Assembly: GCA_030704615.1 (NCBI GenBank)
Contig: CM060733.1
Location: 71,362,001 to 71,426,000, forward strand
Origin: Takakia lepidozioides
Lineage: Eukaryota; Plantae; Bryophyta
Direction of reading: 5' to 3'
DNA: 64,000 bases
Positions within the stretch are counted from its first letter, which is position 1. Every line of letters begins with the position of its first letter. The notes beneath the pieces were generated by a model. That model saw nothing but the letters and a program-made list of their open reading frames with translations. It had not been told where the DNA came from and did no database searches. This document shows positions 1 to 13,919 of the stretch, in pieces. Made by a program: the position numbers and the translations under genes.

Positions 1-819
1 TCCTTCCACTGAAACACTCTTCATTTCCTCAGCCAACTTTAGTCATTTTTCCACATCATCTCCCACTCAGCCAACCACCCATAGATTGACCCTTCATTGA
101 CCATCTCTATTCTCACCTTCAGCCCATTCAAACTTCAGTCCCAACTGCATGACAACTCTTGGCGAGTTGTAACGACATTCTATTCAACTCAGAGTAAGTT
201 ATCCACATCGTAGGTTTGCAGACGACACGGACTGATTCCAAACTCGGCGTATAAACAATCCATGACTATACTCCAAGTCAAGCTGGGAATGTTAGACTAG
301 ATGGCCAAATGAGGGAATCAGGTGGTTTAAAGTACCGCCTTCTACAAATCCCACATTCAAGCAGACTAACAGTCCGCAAGAAACAGCACATACAACTCAT
401 CTTGATTAAAGGTTCCTAAATCTCCCAACTAGATCTGTGATGTCTCACTTTTGTCATGTGCAAGCCCTCAGGAAATTACTTTTGAGCTCAGACGTGTAAC
501 ATCATCCACTTCGACCCTCTTAATTTCACTTTGTTCACAGAACTCAAAAGTCGTCTTCCTCACTTCACAGCCACTATTTTCGGATTCACTGGCTGTCTTC
601 CACAACAGCATGCTTCACTGGGTGGATGCCTTTGTAATGTTCACAGTCAGGGGAGACCCACTATGGAAAGGTGAAGGAATACCTGAGATGCTAGAAACAT
701 TTCTGGCACTTCTCAATGCACAATGGACTACAAAGCTTGCTACCAAAAATAATAAGACCGATTTAGTTCTTTGGGGGAAGTCACATCTCAGAAGAGAAAG
801 ACAGGAAGAGGCAGAGAAC

Positions 820-3800
820 CTCGCGAGCAGCATCCATACTCAGACGGCGAAGATCAGCATCTGTTCCCGTAACAGCTCCCCCCCCTCGTGCAGCAGCAGC
901 TTTTTTCTCCACCAGCGCACCAGAATTTGGCGGCTTCGTCGCCACCCGCAGATAGCTGAAACCCAGCCCTCGGCCTGATGGGTCACCTGGCCCCACGATC
1001 TCTAGGCGTTCCAGACTCCCACGACCCTGAAGGATGTACAATCATGAGTGTTGGCTATTCAACCTTGCAGTTCATTTCTCCCCTCCTTTTTTTTCACAGG
1101 TGATGTCCTCAACATCCTAGAATATAATTGTGTAAAATCATGTATGCAATGGTACACCCAAAATTCTCAGATACTTGATACCTTTTCAACTGTCTAGGCT
1201 GTCAGTCAATGCTTTGGGGCAAATAGCAAAAGGGCCATACTTTGGGCTGGTGGGTGTGAACACAGCACAGCACATGAACTTACACGTGCTCCCCTGTTAT
1301 TGTAGACACATTTTGAGCTCCAGTTTGTACACTGTAGACTCCAGGAAAATTAAATGTAATGACATGTTCATTCAGCCCAATCCCCGGTTTCTAGGTATAT
1401 CAACTATAACAGTGCTCCATAATCAAGGAAAAGACAACCTACAACTAAAGTAGATCACAACCTCAGAGCAACAGCGAGACAGCATGCCAGCACATATCGC
1501 ACAAGGTGAGCCTGAAATCCCTATGATTCAGAAAAAAGACACGGGATGATCAGTATTGTATACCTGCATGGTAGCAGCAACAAAGTTGGAACTCAGATTC
1601 CAGGGCGTGATTTGAAGTTCCCGCTCAACGTGGGAAGCAGCTGCCAAGGTGATAGCCTCATCTGGGAGCTGATTCATGGCTGCGCTCAACCCGGTGGGTT
1701 GAGTCAGCTTGTGTACGCCCATCCGCTTCAGGTGATGCAGCCCTGCTTGCATGCTTTCATATGTGCACACCTGCCAACAAAATCACTATGATGAGGCAAA
1801 TAGGAGGTGCAAAGAAGGGTCTCAGTATGATTACAAAAGGTGCCCAATTAGGGACACACATTTTCAGGGGTCACCATGCGCCGCAATTCTTCTTCCGAGG
1901 GTATGCGGAAGTTGCGCCGCATCACCCAACACATCTCCCCGCCTGGTATTCTCTGCTTGTCCAAAACACCAGCAATCAGTGAAACCAAAGCATGATAAAG
2001 AAAGAGGTCCAGAAACTGTTTTGACATTGTTCTATCCACAGACACAACTAACTTTATCACACTATACACACTTATACAGTCTGTTTCCAGGTCATTGATG
2101 CTGGTAAAAATCACCCATTCACAGATCTTCCATAATAGTGCCAAGATGAGTGATTGGGTAGAGAAGAGACACGCTGCCATGAAAATTGAGCACAATAGAG
2201 ACAGGAGAGGAGGGATGGACAATGAGGAACAGTAGAGTCCCAACTCAAGGCCAAGGTAGAATACTTGGCCCTTATGGCTTTTCTCAACTTGGCAGTGGTG
2301 TTTCATGAGGAGCTTTCAGTAAGGTTCAATTTCAGGTCTTGCCTGTTCCCTCTTAAGAAGTACAAGAAAATGATATTATCAAATGAGAAGGATATAAGAC
2401 TCAATAGAAATATTTGTTTCCTCAACCCAAGCTCTGCCATACAAGAGGCATCTCTCATCATCAAACTGTCCTCCTCACAAGATACATATTCAGTTGAAGT
2501 GAAATGTGAGTACTGGAGTTTAGGTTTCAACCTGAAGATCGCCACAATGCTTGAGGCGCTTGCGCATGAAGCCCTCTGTCAGTGAGGGAAATTGAGACAA
2601 CAATTCATCAGCACGCACACGAGGTAATGACAAACCAGGCTTCTCATTGGCACGAAACTCGCGATACAGGTAGACCAGCAGCCTGTTGCCTATGTAATTC
2701 TGGACCATCTTTGAAGTTGGAGTCAGGACCTCCATGTGTGGCTCCTGAAACGAAACAAACACAGATCCCATTGCTGGTCATAGAGGGCTTGACTACAGAA
2801 GGGGTAAGGTGCATCTTTAATACGGAGTACTTTGACACTGATGGGGGATGTCTCACATAGGTACCTGAAGCTTCCCCCTCATTTGTCACAAACATCCTAC
2901 TAAGCTGGTGGGACTCTTCAGTTCCAATTCCAGCCACACTCTACAGGGGATGAGAAAACCTACCTTCATTTCCACTTACAGGCAAGATACTGGTATGCTG
3001 TATTAGTCTTTACTCCGGAGGATGCAAGCAAAAAAGAGCACTTCCAGCTACACATTTCAGTTTACCATTTGGAGTCTTGCAATGTTGTAACAGGGGTGTG
3101 TTATGTGGGGGGTATAACCTCAGGCCTTCCAAAGTCTACAGGAATGACTGTGTTGTATAAGCCCATCCATGTGTGTCATCGAAGCGGTAACATCAAGCAG
3201 CGGTGAATCAGTCGTCAGCCCCAAAACCTGCTCAGACACCTGGCTGGACAGCACTGCTACACTTTGGCAGAGCCTCAAGGCCAAAGACCCTGTGCCAGGT
3301 GTGTTGTGTAGAGACAGACAACGAAAGAAAAACCATATCGTCCACAGGGCCCTCGCGAGAGAGAATGTACTCATAAGAAGTTGTTTGCCCTAGCCTTGTG
3401 GCCATAGACACCCCCGCCCAGTTTGGACAGAACAAGAGAGAGAATGTACTCACAAGACGTTTGCCGTAGACCCCGCACCCAGTTTGGGTGAAACAAAAGG
3501 GAGCAGAAACCACCTTTGTGAGGGGCCAACTACGGTAGTATGACTTACCTTGATAAAGACAATTACTTCCCAAGCTCTCCGTCCTCACCAAATCGTCTGA
3601 TGCATATTTGTTCAAATCTATACACTTTAGTTTGTGTTTTCAAAAGTTGGTGAACAGAAGTGCAGGGACAATGTTCTTGATCGTCCTAAAGAGGGTCTCT
3701 GGTGAGAATACCCTGGACAATGTATCAGAAAATGGATATTGTCTTCAGGGTGCCCGCACATCAGACAATTACAATCTCCTCTTCCTCTCTGCATCTGTTT

Positions 3801-6800
3801 ATTGTTCAAAGTTCCCGTTCCGAGTTTAAATTTCAGTCTTGTGCCGAGGGTAGGTAGCCCTTCAGGTCATCCTTAAGGTCCTCGCCCATGTCACAGACTG
3901 GAAACAAGTTCAGAGAAGTTTTGTACCTAACATCATTTTCATCGGACAGTCTTTGGGCTACATGGCTTTGGACTCCAGGTCAGCGTCATCCAGTAGGGCC
4001 AATTCTTCTGGACTAATATTCAGATACATGAAAATCTCTTCTACCATATTCTGCCAAGACTTAGCCTGTTTAACAGCACGGTCTTGGTTCCAAGAATAGC
4101 GTTGATTATCTTAGGGTAACTGGTATTTGGCATGCGATTCGACTGATCCACCATCAACTGACCTTACGTCAAGAGCTTAAGGGAGGTATGCCAAAAATCA
4201 CCCCGAACAGCCACATTAGCTGTTCTAGAACAAGCCAACATGCTTTCTTTGAGCACCACAACCTAAATGGCTTTTAGAAATTTAGAGGAGAGAGAGATTG
4301 TACTCATAAGACGTTGTTTGCCGTAGCCTTGTGGCCATTGAGGAGAGAGAGAGAGAGAACGAGAGGGACCTGTTGTCCAACTACATGAACACTGTCAATA
4401 CGCCGAAGGGAAAGCTTGCCCTTAGCCGAGCGCACAAGAAGAAAGTCGGTGGCGGCCACTTTGTGTGAGAAAACGGGGGCACGATACATGTTGGTCTCAA
4501 GACTTGATTGTGTGTCACCAGCCCGTATATCTCCAAGGAAAGGTGAGTCCTCTGTTGGCTCTAGTGGCAGAGGAACACCAACCCACGAGCCTCGCTCATT
4601 GCGAAGAGTGGCCGCAGTGGCATCTGTGGGTGTTAGCTTGCGATAGTAGGTTGATAGCCGTGCTCCCATACCTACATTCCCCAGCAGAAGTGGCCTTTCC
4701 TCACAGTATCTGCATTCACAGTTCACTGTCCTGTCACTTACACAGTGGCAATGAAATAAGATTGACTTTGGATCTGTCATCATAATCAACACCCTGCCAC
4801 TACTGGCCATGAGACTTAAACCCATGTGGGTGAAAATTAATCGAGTAAACTTAACAGTCTCTTGTCAAAACTCTTCCATCCATCCCTCTGACTCTGTCCT
4901 TGATGTTCAACAAAGCCCTTGGGGCCCCTGAGATAATAAAATTCTCTTTTTCATGTCATGTGTGACCATTACAAGACACTTCACCTTACCAAATCCTCCA
5001 CGGACTACTGCCATGTAAGTAGAGCAAGGCTGGGTTCCAGCAAAAATCCCTCGAACCTGACAGTCAGTAACAGGTTTGACGAACTACTTCTAAAAAGCCT
5101 GATTTCTCACAAAGTTGTCATCTTAAGTTGCTCGCAGAGATGAGAGGTGAAGCAGATCAAAACAAGAAAACATACATCCTGCCTTTCCTGCCAACTGACT
5201 TCTAAAAGGCCCACACAAAAGATGCAATGTTTGTGTGCGTGTGTATGGAGAGCTAGAGGGAGAGAAAGTGTTTTTCTTCTTATTGGGGGTTTTAGGGCCG
5301 TGGCGGGTAGGATTTCTTGCAAGTAGACTGTAAAATACCATTTCTAACCAGCCTCATAAGAGAGGTAGACATGGGGTACAGATTCAACTTACTCCATTAG
5401 AGCAACATGGCCATCTTTCACAGAGAGCTCGGACTTCTTCTTGAAAGCCCCGGGTGGGCGAATGGGTTTGTTTTCCCCAGGCAGGCGTTGGGCTTTTGGC
5501 CAGGGATGCACCTTGGTGCGCACCAGATGGAGGACTGAGTTGGGTGGGACTAGCTGCTGGGAAAATGTAAGCCCCTCTTCCAACTCCTTCCCAGAGTAGA
5601 GAACCTTCGTCTGTTCTGAAGGTTTCAAATCTGCCATGTTCACACGCACTTCACAAAGTTAATTAACCTCATTTCTAATGACGTTGATGACATGACACTG
5701 CCACTCAGATGAGAGCATTCTGTCAGGGAACCTTTCCTCGTTCCTCAAAAACCAAACACAGAATACCAAGTCCATGTCCCAGAAACTTCCAAAAATGGCA
5801 TGAATCAACTCAAGCAATAGAATACAATGCAGCTATGTGCTCAATCCATTGAGACTGAAAATCACACGCTCAAATTGATCCTCTTAAGAATCCCAGAGGC
5901 ATAACCACACAGCATTAGCCAGTTCTCTTACCATTCTTGGCAGGAAACAGCCAGCTTACCTCCTAACTTCTTAGCCGCTTTGGCTTTTAGGACCTCAAGG
6001 GTTTCAGAGGCATCAACATGAAGTTTACTGCCCTTCCCACCGAGCGTCTTCAGAATGACTTTCATGGGACCCTTAGCTGCAAGCTTGCCTTGCTCCTTGG
6101 CTGCTACCTCATTATGATGAGGATACCAAACAGCTTTTGGTCGATGAAAATTCGCTAAATCCTTGCTGCATTGGCCACCCAAAACTCAATGCTTAGTGTA
6201 ATTAGTGACCTTTGTGCAACAATGCCTCTAGGAAAGTGAGGTTATATCACCTCTTCTAATGGCGGGAGAAGTAAGGGAACAGCCAGTTTGGGTAGTTAGA
6301 ACCCACAAATATGGAAAACAGCATGACATGCCAGAAACTTACTTCGACAGTTTGGGCTTCAGTGTCTGCAACTTGATGGCGGGTAATGAATGCATCACTT
6401 TCACCCCATGCACAGCACGCTTTTTGGCATGAGACTTCTGTTGCTGATGTGTCTTCTTGTTGGTGTAGTACTTATCGTTAGAGATATTGAAGCGCGTCAG
6501 TGACATCGATGCATTGAGTTGACCCTCGCCACCCTCCGCACTGCCCTCTTTTCCCTGTGGCGTAAGAACTACAGCAGCTGCATGCAACCTTAGTGATTTT
6601 CCCTCCTTTGTATCAGGAATCTCAAACACCATTTGGCGGTCTTTCAAATCAAAAATCACCTTCGGCCTAGACAGCCCAGTTGCTTCTCCATATGCCTCCT
6701 CCTCCCAAACCACACTGTCAAGCCAAACCCCAGCCGCGAACTCTGGGTTTTCCTCACCTGTCCCCAATGTAAGATGGCCCAACCGACTCGTCACATCAGT

Positions 6801-9800
6801 TGTCCCAAGCTTTCCATCTGTCCCATCTTGACATTCTGACTGCTTGGTGAAGGAACGAGACTCTAGTCTCAGCATTTGTGGGTGCCGAACTTCCCTGAAA
6901 CTATCAACAAACTGGTTCCCACTACAAGAGGGCCGGCTGAGAGGTTCGATCAGAAAAGGCCTGTGCCACTGGCAGTCCAGAGCCAATGCTCTTGTCTCCG
7001 TCTTCTTGGGTCCATCCCGATTATACGCAGCCAAACATGCAGTCCTCTCATGCTCAACTCCTGAAGCATGGCTACCCCCACTATCGGAGTCCAACTCCAT
7101 AGATAGAACAGAAGTCCCATCTGCCTGTCGGTCTCCTGCCATCCCATCTGTTTGCCTTGAATCCACGTCATCCCACAGAATGTTGGCCTCCCACTCTTGT
7201 TGATGAATCAGATCAAAATTGGACCATGGAATTCTCCTCTTCCAGTCAGCAATGTCCACTGCCCAGGCATCCAGCTTTTCTTTCATTGGTTCTTCTGAGA
7301 CATACTGTGGTTTCTTGTGTTTGGACCGACCCCTACGGTTCCGTGTTGTCACTGGCAAGGTTTCTATCACCTCCTCTTCTATGCCACTCCCCTCTTCACT
7401 TTCTTCAGCTCCATCACTGTCTCTCTCTGTTTCACACTCACGACTAACTGAATCATCCACCACAAGAGGCTGGTGGGAACCCATTTTAAGCACTGCATCC
7501 TCATCTTCTTCCACACCTTCTTCGACCTCCTCAACTCTTCCTTGTTTCTCTGTCCCAATGACTCGACAGAATGAGTTTCTCCTTCCCATTAGATTAACCT
7601 GTCTTAAGCAGGGCACAAAGAACTCATCTTTTGAGGGAAAACAGATAAGCTTCATTTTCCCCCTCTACACACTCTTTCATCCCCAAAAGTCCACCGCAGA
7701 TACTTAAATAAGCAGGGCACGGCAACAATGCCGTTGACCCTGCACAAAGTCAAGGAGCCACAATGGCAACCAAAAGAAGCGGAATATCGTAAAAGAAGGG
7801 AGAAGCCCTAGGAAACACAAGCCAAAGCCCCTAGAACCATATTGAAGCACAAGGCCACAAAAGAGGCAGAAAGCCCAAAAGAAGGCTGAAACCCTTGGAG
7901 AACACCAAACTAGAGTTTCTAAGACTATCCTGAAGCACAAGCCACCTCTCTGTATAAGCCTCGACCAGCTCTCACAGGAAACAATATCCTCTGACATGAA
8001 GCTGCTGGATGCATGATGACCACCTACAATCCTAAGCGGAAGAACGGACTGAAAGAGCAAACTCCTTCCTCCATTAAGCACCAAAGGCAGGTTGAAACAG
8101 CCAGGCACTGAAGAAAGCAGTGAAGAAAAAGGTGCCAGAAAACTTTCGAACCTTTTTCAAAAGAGTTCTAACCTTCCTTACTGGGATCAGGAAACCAACC
8201 TTATCTTGAGACCACAACAGGGCTCCTGCCTGCAAGGACCACAAATCTTGCAGTAGCACAGCACACAACTCACCTTTAATTGGACATCGCTTTTGGCGGC
8301 CCTTCCGTTGACCGACCACCCAGTATGGCTCTCTCACTCCAAACAGCTCTGAAAATCGCAAAACAGTCTTCCCATCCTCCTCACAAAGTACTGGCAGCTC
8401 AATCTTTGCAACCTCCTGATCAGCCTTCGATATAGTTGCAGTCTCCTGAGATAGCACAAACACTCCCCGTTAGTTGCCGCTTGAAACCTTGGTTCCAGAA
8501 ATGGATCTATCAGAACCCAGTTTCTCTCAATTGCTTTAGTACGGGGTGCTGAAACAACCTCAATACCAGGAGAGCTCCAAACATGCACAAACATACACAC
8601 ACCCACGCTACATTCGATCCCATCATTGAAGCCATGTGGAGGGCCCAAATCAGTAATTTACCTTACAGGGTCTGGGTTGCTCCAAGTCATCCTCTTTGCC
8701 CTCAACCTCTTCATCGGAGTCATCAAGCTCTGCAACCCCACCCCCAGCTTCCTCCTCTGCCGCAGGCAATGTCACTGGCACTTCTGCTCAAACACAACCA
8801 TCCAAGGCCTTCATGAATTCTGCAAACCAAAAATTTCAGATTTACGGTTTCGGAAATTGAGGTAAAGCCCAGCCAACCCTGCATCTTAGTGTTAGAGCCT
8901 TAGAATAGGAATATTGTAACTGAGAGATGTCTTCATCGAAGAGAAGTCCAACCATCTTCACTCAGATAACCATGGTCCAAAAGCAATCCATGAGACTTCA
9001 ACATCATTCAGCCATTCTTTGCACTTGGGCCAACACTCAGACTTACGTAAAGGCCATAGGCAAAGACCCGTCTGCAAGAGAAATATCATCAAAAGGAATC
9101 TACCGCCAGTGATGAATCTTATAAATAAAAATCCATGTACAGGCTCCGAATGTATTGATGATCAGACAAGGACAGGCTGTTTTCTAAAAGCCAGAGAAGG
9201 TAACTAACAACAATTAATGACTAGTAAGAAGAAGCAATCAGTGGTACCAGGTCTATTTGTACTTCACACACCAAGGAGCCTGCACTGCACCGTTCTACCA
9301 ATTGTTTTGAAGAAAAAAGCTCGTCCAAATAATTGCAAGGGAAACTCCATCAAAATAATCAGATGGTATAGAGAGTGATAAGCCTGATACCTTGGACAAG
9401 TAAACAGGGTGTATCATGCACCACCCCAGCCGGCTGTTCTTCTGTGTCGAAGTCCTCATCTTCATCATAATTGTCTTCTTCTGGCAACTTTGGTGGCCCA
9501 GCCAAGGCGGCTTGGGCGTAAAATTGCATATCCTGAGGGCCAAACTGCACCTCAGGGCCCTCATACTCCTCCTGTATGTCTTCATAGTCCACCGCATCAT
9601 CTGCTTTCTTATCATAATCTGCAGGCAGTTCAGATCCAGATTAGAGAGCTCCATTGGGCATTTGATTTCTCATCTGCACATTACCCTCTCTCCAAAGGAT
9701 ATGGCAGAGTCTAATTAAACCTGACAGACTAGTACCACAATACCTCGTATTGATGCTGCTCAATTTTGCACATGTGAAACCAGACAGTAAAACTGAATAT

Positions 9801-11924
9801 TGGATTGATTGAAGTTCTTCAAAAAGTTTGTTACCCAACCCATAGCAATTGTAACCCCACAGCACCTACGGCCACAGAATATTGTGTGTTGGCGAGGTAC
9901 AAATCCATCTTTCTTAGCTAGCGCTAACAAATTTTTTATAAAAGAGCACAAAAATAAAAGAACACTTGCCTACCTCTATCTCCCTGCACATTTTCTGTGG
10001 TTAGTGGTCTTCGTAATGACCTTTACCTTCTTGCTCCTCGGCTGCAGTTCCAACAGCAGCTGACCCCTTCTTTTTTGCAGAAAGCTGCCATAAGGTGCAG
10101 AAAAGATAAGTTGAAACAAGACAAAAAGCACACAAAAAGAGGCAATACATGGTAGCAATAGATCTCTCTCAGCAGATTGGGTCAATGGCCACAAGGCTAT
10201 GGCAAACAACGTCTTATGAGTACATTCTCTCAGCAAATTGATGCTTGCGTAAAGGGCTTCCCAGAGGCTATCTGGAAAGCCCCAACTAATTGTCTGTATC
10301 AAGGTAAGTCGTACTACCAGAGTGAGCCCCTCACAAAGGTAGTTTCTGGTCCTTCTGTTCCGCCCAAACTGGGCACGGGGTCTACAGCCACAAGGCTACG
10401 GCAAACACAATCTTATGAGTCCATCTCTCCTTGGCCCACCCACCCTTCAACACTGCTCCATCTAAACTGGCACTGTCGCCACAACGCTACAGCAAGCCAG
10501 CCTAATAAATCTACCCTTCTGTCTCCCTCCTCTCTAAAAACAAGAAAAACACAGCAACTGCCACGAAGAAGCAAAGTTTCAGCTCAACATAATATCTAAG
10601 GTCGCAGGCACAAGGAACATACTTCAATGTCCACCAAAGATGGTCCCAATTGGTCAGCCAAGGCCGACAAATGCTCCTTTGCATCCTGTTAAAATCAGGA
10701 AGAACATGGCTGTTACGAATTTATATCGAACCACAAAAGGTATTCAAAAACAGTTCAATCCTGCAGCATTGTCACTATGAACCTGGCATGGAAACCTCAG
10801 ATACCCATACCAAAGCCTTGCAAACATCAGCACCAGTGACTGATTGTCTCAAACATCCTCACTATGTGGGACAAGAATAACCTAAGTGGTAGTAAATCAC
10901 ATGAGCTTTCAACAGGTAAGACACTGGGCTAGACTGAAAGAAGGATCTAGCAACCTATCAATTGTAACTAAGCTACATTGTACAACAGGCTGTGGCTTCC
11001 CAAATTAGCACAGTAGATCTTCCCAGTCACAAGGGGGCCAACTGGGCACAAAAAAAACCCTAATAGCATACAGCATTTAAGGAGGCCATACCCTCAAGGT
11101 CGCAACTGCCCTAACCCAGTATCATTCTTGTTCTAAGTAGGAGGAATGCTCTACGTAGGTTTTCAACGTTTGTGAGGAAAAAGGTGCGCAACAGCACCCT
11201 GAGTCCAGATAAAGCACCAGCTTTAGTGTGAGGGGAAAAGGAAAAGACAGCTGTTTAGACTACACAAACCCAATAGCACTCGAATGACATAAGCGAGAGG
11301 ACACATCGCTTCTGGAAAATTAGGGCAAGGGGTATTCACACCAAATACCAATTTTGGTTTTTTCCTGGAAGGACCAAGAGATGGTGAACACCCCAACCGT
11401 AAATTCCATATTTGGTGTTGCATTGCGACAAAATATCATGGGCGAGGTTTACTCTATGACTGCGAATGAGGGCGATCTCGAGGTCCAGCGAAGAGGTAAA
11501 CTTGCCATGAATGCTTATGCAGAAACCATACCAGAGTGGGGAGGAAATATGCGTTTCCAACAGTATGGAGAAAAGAAAAGGAAGGAATTACGAGGTCAAG
11601 AGTCGGGCAGTCTCACGCAGCTTGCAGCTGACTGTCTCCTTTACCAAATGCTTAATTTGCGAGACCCAAATTTCATGCGATAACTAGGTTATGAGGACAC
11701 ACATGGTGCTTCCTTCTTGAAGAAAAATGCTTAGAAACTGCAAACAAAGACGAAAACAAAGAAAGGAGATGCACCTGATCTAGGTATTCTTCATCGAGGT
11801 CACCCGCATCGTCGACGTTGCCAAACATAAAGCCCAGCATCCGCCGGCTCCCTCCCTCTCCATCTCCCTCATCCTCCTCATCCTCATCTTCTCGGTCATT
11901 TTCCTCCCGGTATAAATCACCCAT
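820..11924 (-). CDS. TAF1: TFIID subunit 1 (TAF1/HAF-type), 5' part; the gene continues beyond the left window edge
   Basis: Fourteen exons joined with GT-AG boundaries and consistent phase: 11924-11775, 10685-10623, 10084-10027, 9618-9391, 8783-8662, 8445-8274, 7549-6343, 6165-5960, 5630-5393, 4709-4370, 2744-2532, 1952-1860, 1770-1564, 1026-820. Motifs: TBP-binding N-terminus LGFMFGNVDDAGDLDEEYLDQDAKEHL, DYDKKADDAVDYEDI, FNISNDKYY, HAT/DUF3591 region (EYCEERPLLLGNVGMG, LETNMYRAP, VCTYESMQAG, LQITPWNLSSNF, GPGDPSGRGLGFSY, VTGTDADLRRLSM). The C-terminal zinc knuckle and bromodomain are not in the window. Confidence 0.96.
3359..4260 (-). mobile_element. 5'-truncated non-LTR retrotransposon (LINE) remnant in a TAF1 intron
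   Basis: Decayed frame ...LKFKLGTGTLN...CLMCGHPEDNIHFLIHCPGYSHQR is the CxxC...HxxxxC zinc knuckle typical of LINE ORF2 C-termini. The following 3' tail (about 3565-3359) recurs in opposite orientation at 10285-10430. The 5' boundary is approximate. Confidence 0.7.
4290..4340 (-). mobile_element. ~45-bp insertion of the same LINE 3' terminus
   Basis: Minus strand reads CAATGGCCACAAGGCTACGGCAAACAACGTCTTATGAGTACAATCTCTC, flanked on the plus strand by direct repeats GAGGAGAGAGAGA. Confidence 0.65.
5513..6065 (-). other. Ubiquitin-like domain embedded in plant TAF1, split by an intron
   Basis: Spliced translation MKVILKTLGGKGSKLHVDASETLEVLKAKAAKKLG-DLKPSEQTKVLYSGKELEEGLTFSQQLVPPNSVLHLVRT has the ubiquitin-fold pattern; this is a known feature of plant TAF1. 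Confidence 0.85.
10180..10430 (+). mobile_element. Two fragments of the same LINE 3' end
   Basis: 10182-10231 is the terminal motif flanked by CTCTCAGCA(G/A)ATTG direct repeats. 10285-10430 matches the reverse complement of the 3359-3565 tail (TAATTGTCT.TATCAAGGTAAGTC.TACTACC...CCCCTCACAAAGGT...CCCAAACTGGG). Confidence 0.7.
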
Positions 11925-12470
11925 AAGACTTCCTCGGCAGCCTCCCGATACAACCCACCCCTTCAACCCTCTAAACCCCGCTTTCCAAACCACAGGGGCA
12001 CAATGAAAGGGCAAGAAATCCCGGAAGGGAAAATGGGTCGGAGAGAAAGCGAAGTGCAGGGAGTTTTTATACACAGCCTTTCACCAGCCTTCTCGCCGCC
12101 TTCAACAGGGCCCACGTTCTGCACTGCAAATACATACTGCCTTTCCTTCCCTTTCCTTTCCTTTTAGTACTAAAATCCTGCACTGAACTTCTAGCCTACA
12201 CGATCCTGGGAACCATCTCCATCCCAAAACTAAAGTACTCCAGATGGGTTTCGTCCACAGTGATTGGCTGCTACATCAGTTGATAACAATTGAAACGATT
12301 ATTAGGAAATTGTCGATAGTCTGATACAGCCCACCCCCTTTTTTACACGGCTTCGACCAGAGTCTTCTCTCTTTGTAATAAAAACAAAACAACAAAAACA
12401 ATCCGCAATCCACTACTCATTGAATCGTTCGTTAAAAGTTTTTTATTTTTTGCTTCTCATTGAACAATTA

Positions 12471-13019
12471 TAGGGTCATGAATGCTTTGGCTGCAGCGGG
12501 CCCACGTGTGGTAGAGGGGTCACACAGGGTGAGGGTGGGAGCACCCGGGTGTGCCTGGCAAGCTGGTCTGCTGGGCCCACAAAACATATGAGCTAGTGTG
12601 CTGTGTGCTGGGGCCCACAATATGCACATAAAGCATTAGTTATTGTAGGGGTTTGGGTTTTGTAGAAAGTGGTGGGTAGTGTGGTGGTTAAGAGCAATGA
12701 ATAATCAACATGAGGATGGGTGTTTAAATTTTGTCAGGTTGTACTGCGGCAGTAATGTGTGATATTAAATATATATTTTATTGAAGGATCTGCCGGTCTG
12801 CACGAGGTGTGTGGAGGGTCCAAGCCGGTCTGCTAGAGGGGGGTCTGCTTGGAGGGTCTGCCCAGTCTGCTGGAGGGTATGCCTGTCCGCTAGAAGGTTC
12901 GCCATGGTAGATGAACAAGGACTAAGAAAAATTTCAGAATCTAGCCGACCCGGTGAATTGGCGGTGGAGCTTACCCAAGGGCCATACTGGCGGGGCCCAG
13001 CCGTGCATTCATGACCCTA
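12471..13019. mobile_element. PIF/Harbinger (Tourist-like) MITE, 549 bp
   Basis: Perfect 15-bp TIRs TAGGGTCATGAATGC / GCATTCATGACCCTA; TTA on both sides (12468-12470 and 13020-13022) as 3-bp TSD; no recognisable coding sequence. Confidence 0.85.
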
Positions 13020-13919
13020 TTATTAAAAAATGAGAGGCTATTTTTTTTTAAAGAAAACAGAGATAGTGAGAAATTTTATTTGGAATTATTCAGGAAAAAA
13101 AGTTAAAACCCCGGAGCCCATACACGCCATAGTCACTGAGAGGACGAACCACCCTCAAAAGAGGAGTAGAGAACCAGCAAGGGAGTGACCCCCCAAATAA
13201 AGAGCCAGCAGAAACATGCAAAGAAGCTTTACAAGTCCATGGAAACAATCATCTATTATCCATGCACCCTCACCTCGGCGGTCCTCTCATACTTAAACTC
13301 CAACAGTTTAAAGAATGTCAACCACACCGGTACCAACCCCCAACATCCGATACAGACATACTTACTACAGTCGACCCTGGCTAAATGTGCCCTCCTTATG
13401 TGTTATAAGGGGAGTAATTGTTATCTTTTTTTTACTCCCTAAAATTTTACGCTATGCTGCAGTAGGGATGTTATATGTTAAACGTTACAAAAATGGTACT
13501 CCCTCCTTTGTAAAGTGACCCTTGATATACGTTATGTCACACCTCTTTGTTAGGCCCCGGCCGCACCGGGCTGCTGACGGATGTTAGGTTAGTGCTAACA
13601 ACTGCTAGCTTGAAAAATCCGGCCGTCGAGATGGCACTCGAGCATGAAAGCCGGAACGTTGATAGCAGCGAAATCTTGTGGGACATCTTTGTGCAGGGAG
13701 TAGAGAAAATGGTGGTCATATACAACAGGTGAGGTGGCAGGCGTTGTGGGGAAAGCAGCAGGGAGGCTTTTGTGTTTTTCTTTCCGTTGCACTCCTGCAT
13801 CATCCCAATGCATGTGAGGTTGCTGTGGACAATGTGCCTGACGCATCAGGTTGATATTGTCCAGGTGAAGTTTCTGCAAGATTTTTTTCATTTGGGTTGT
13901 TGTCTTCTTTCTGGCACTT

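Noticed and set aside
451-978. 175-aa plus-strand ORF and many similar ORFs opposite TAF1, PPR and pol sequences
   Set aside because: They are antisense or alternative-frame shadows of recognisable genes with no domain signal. A LINE remnant at 1-720 is possible but not supportable.
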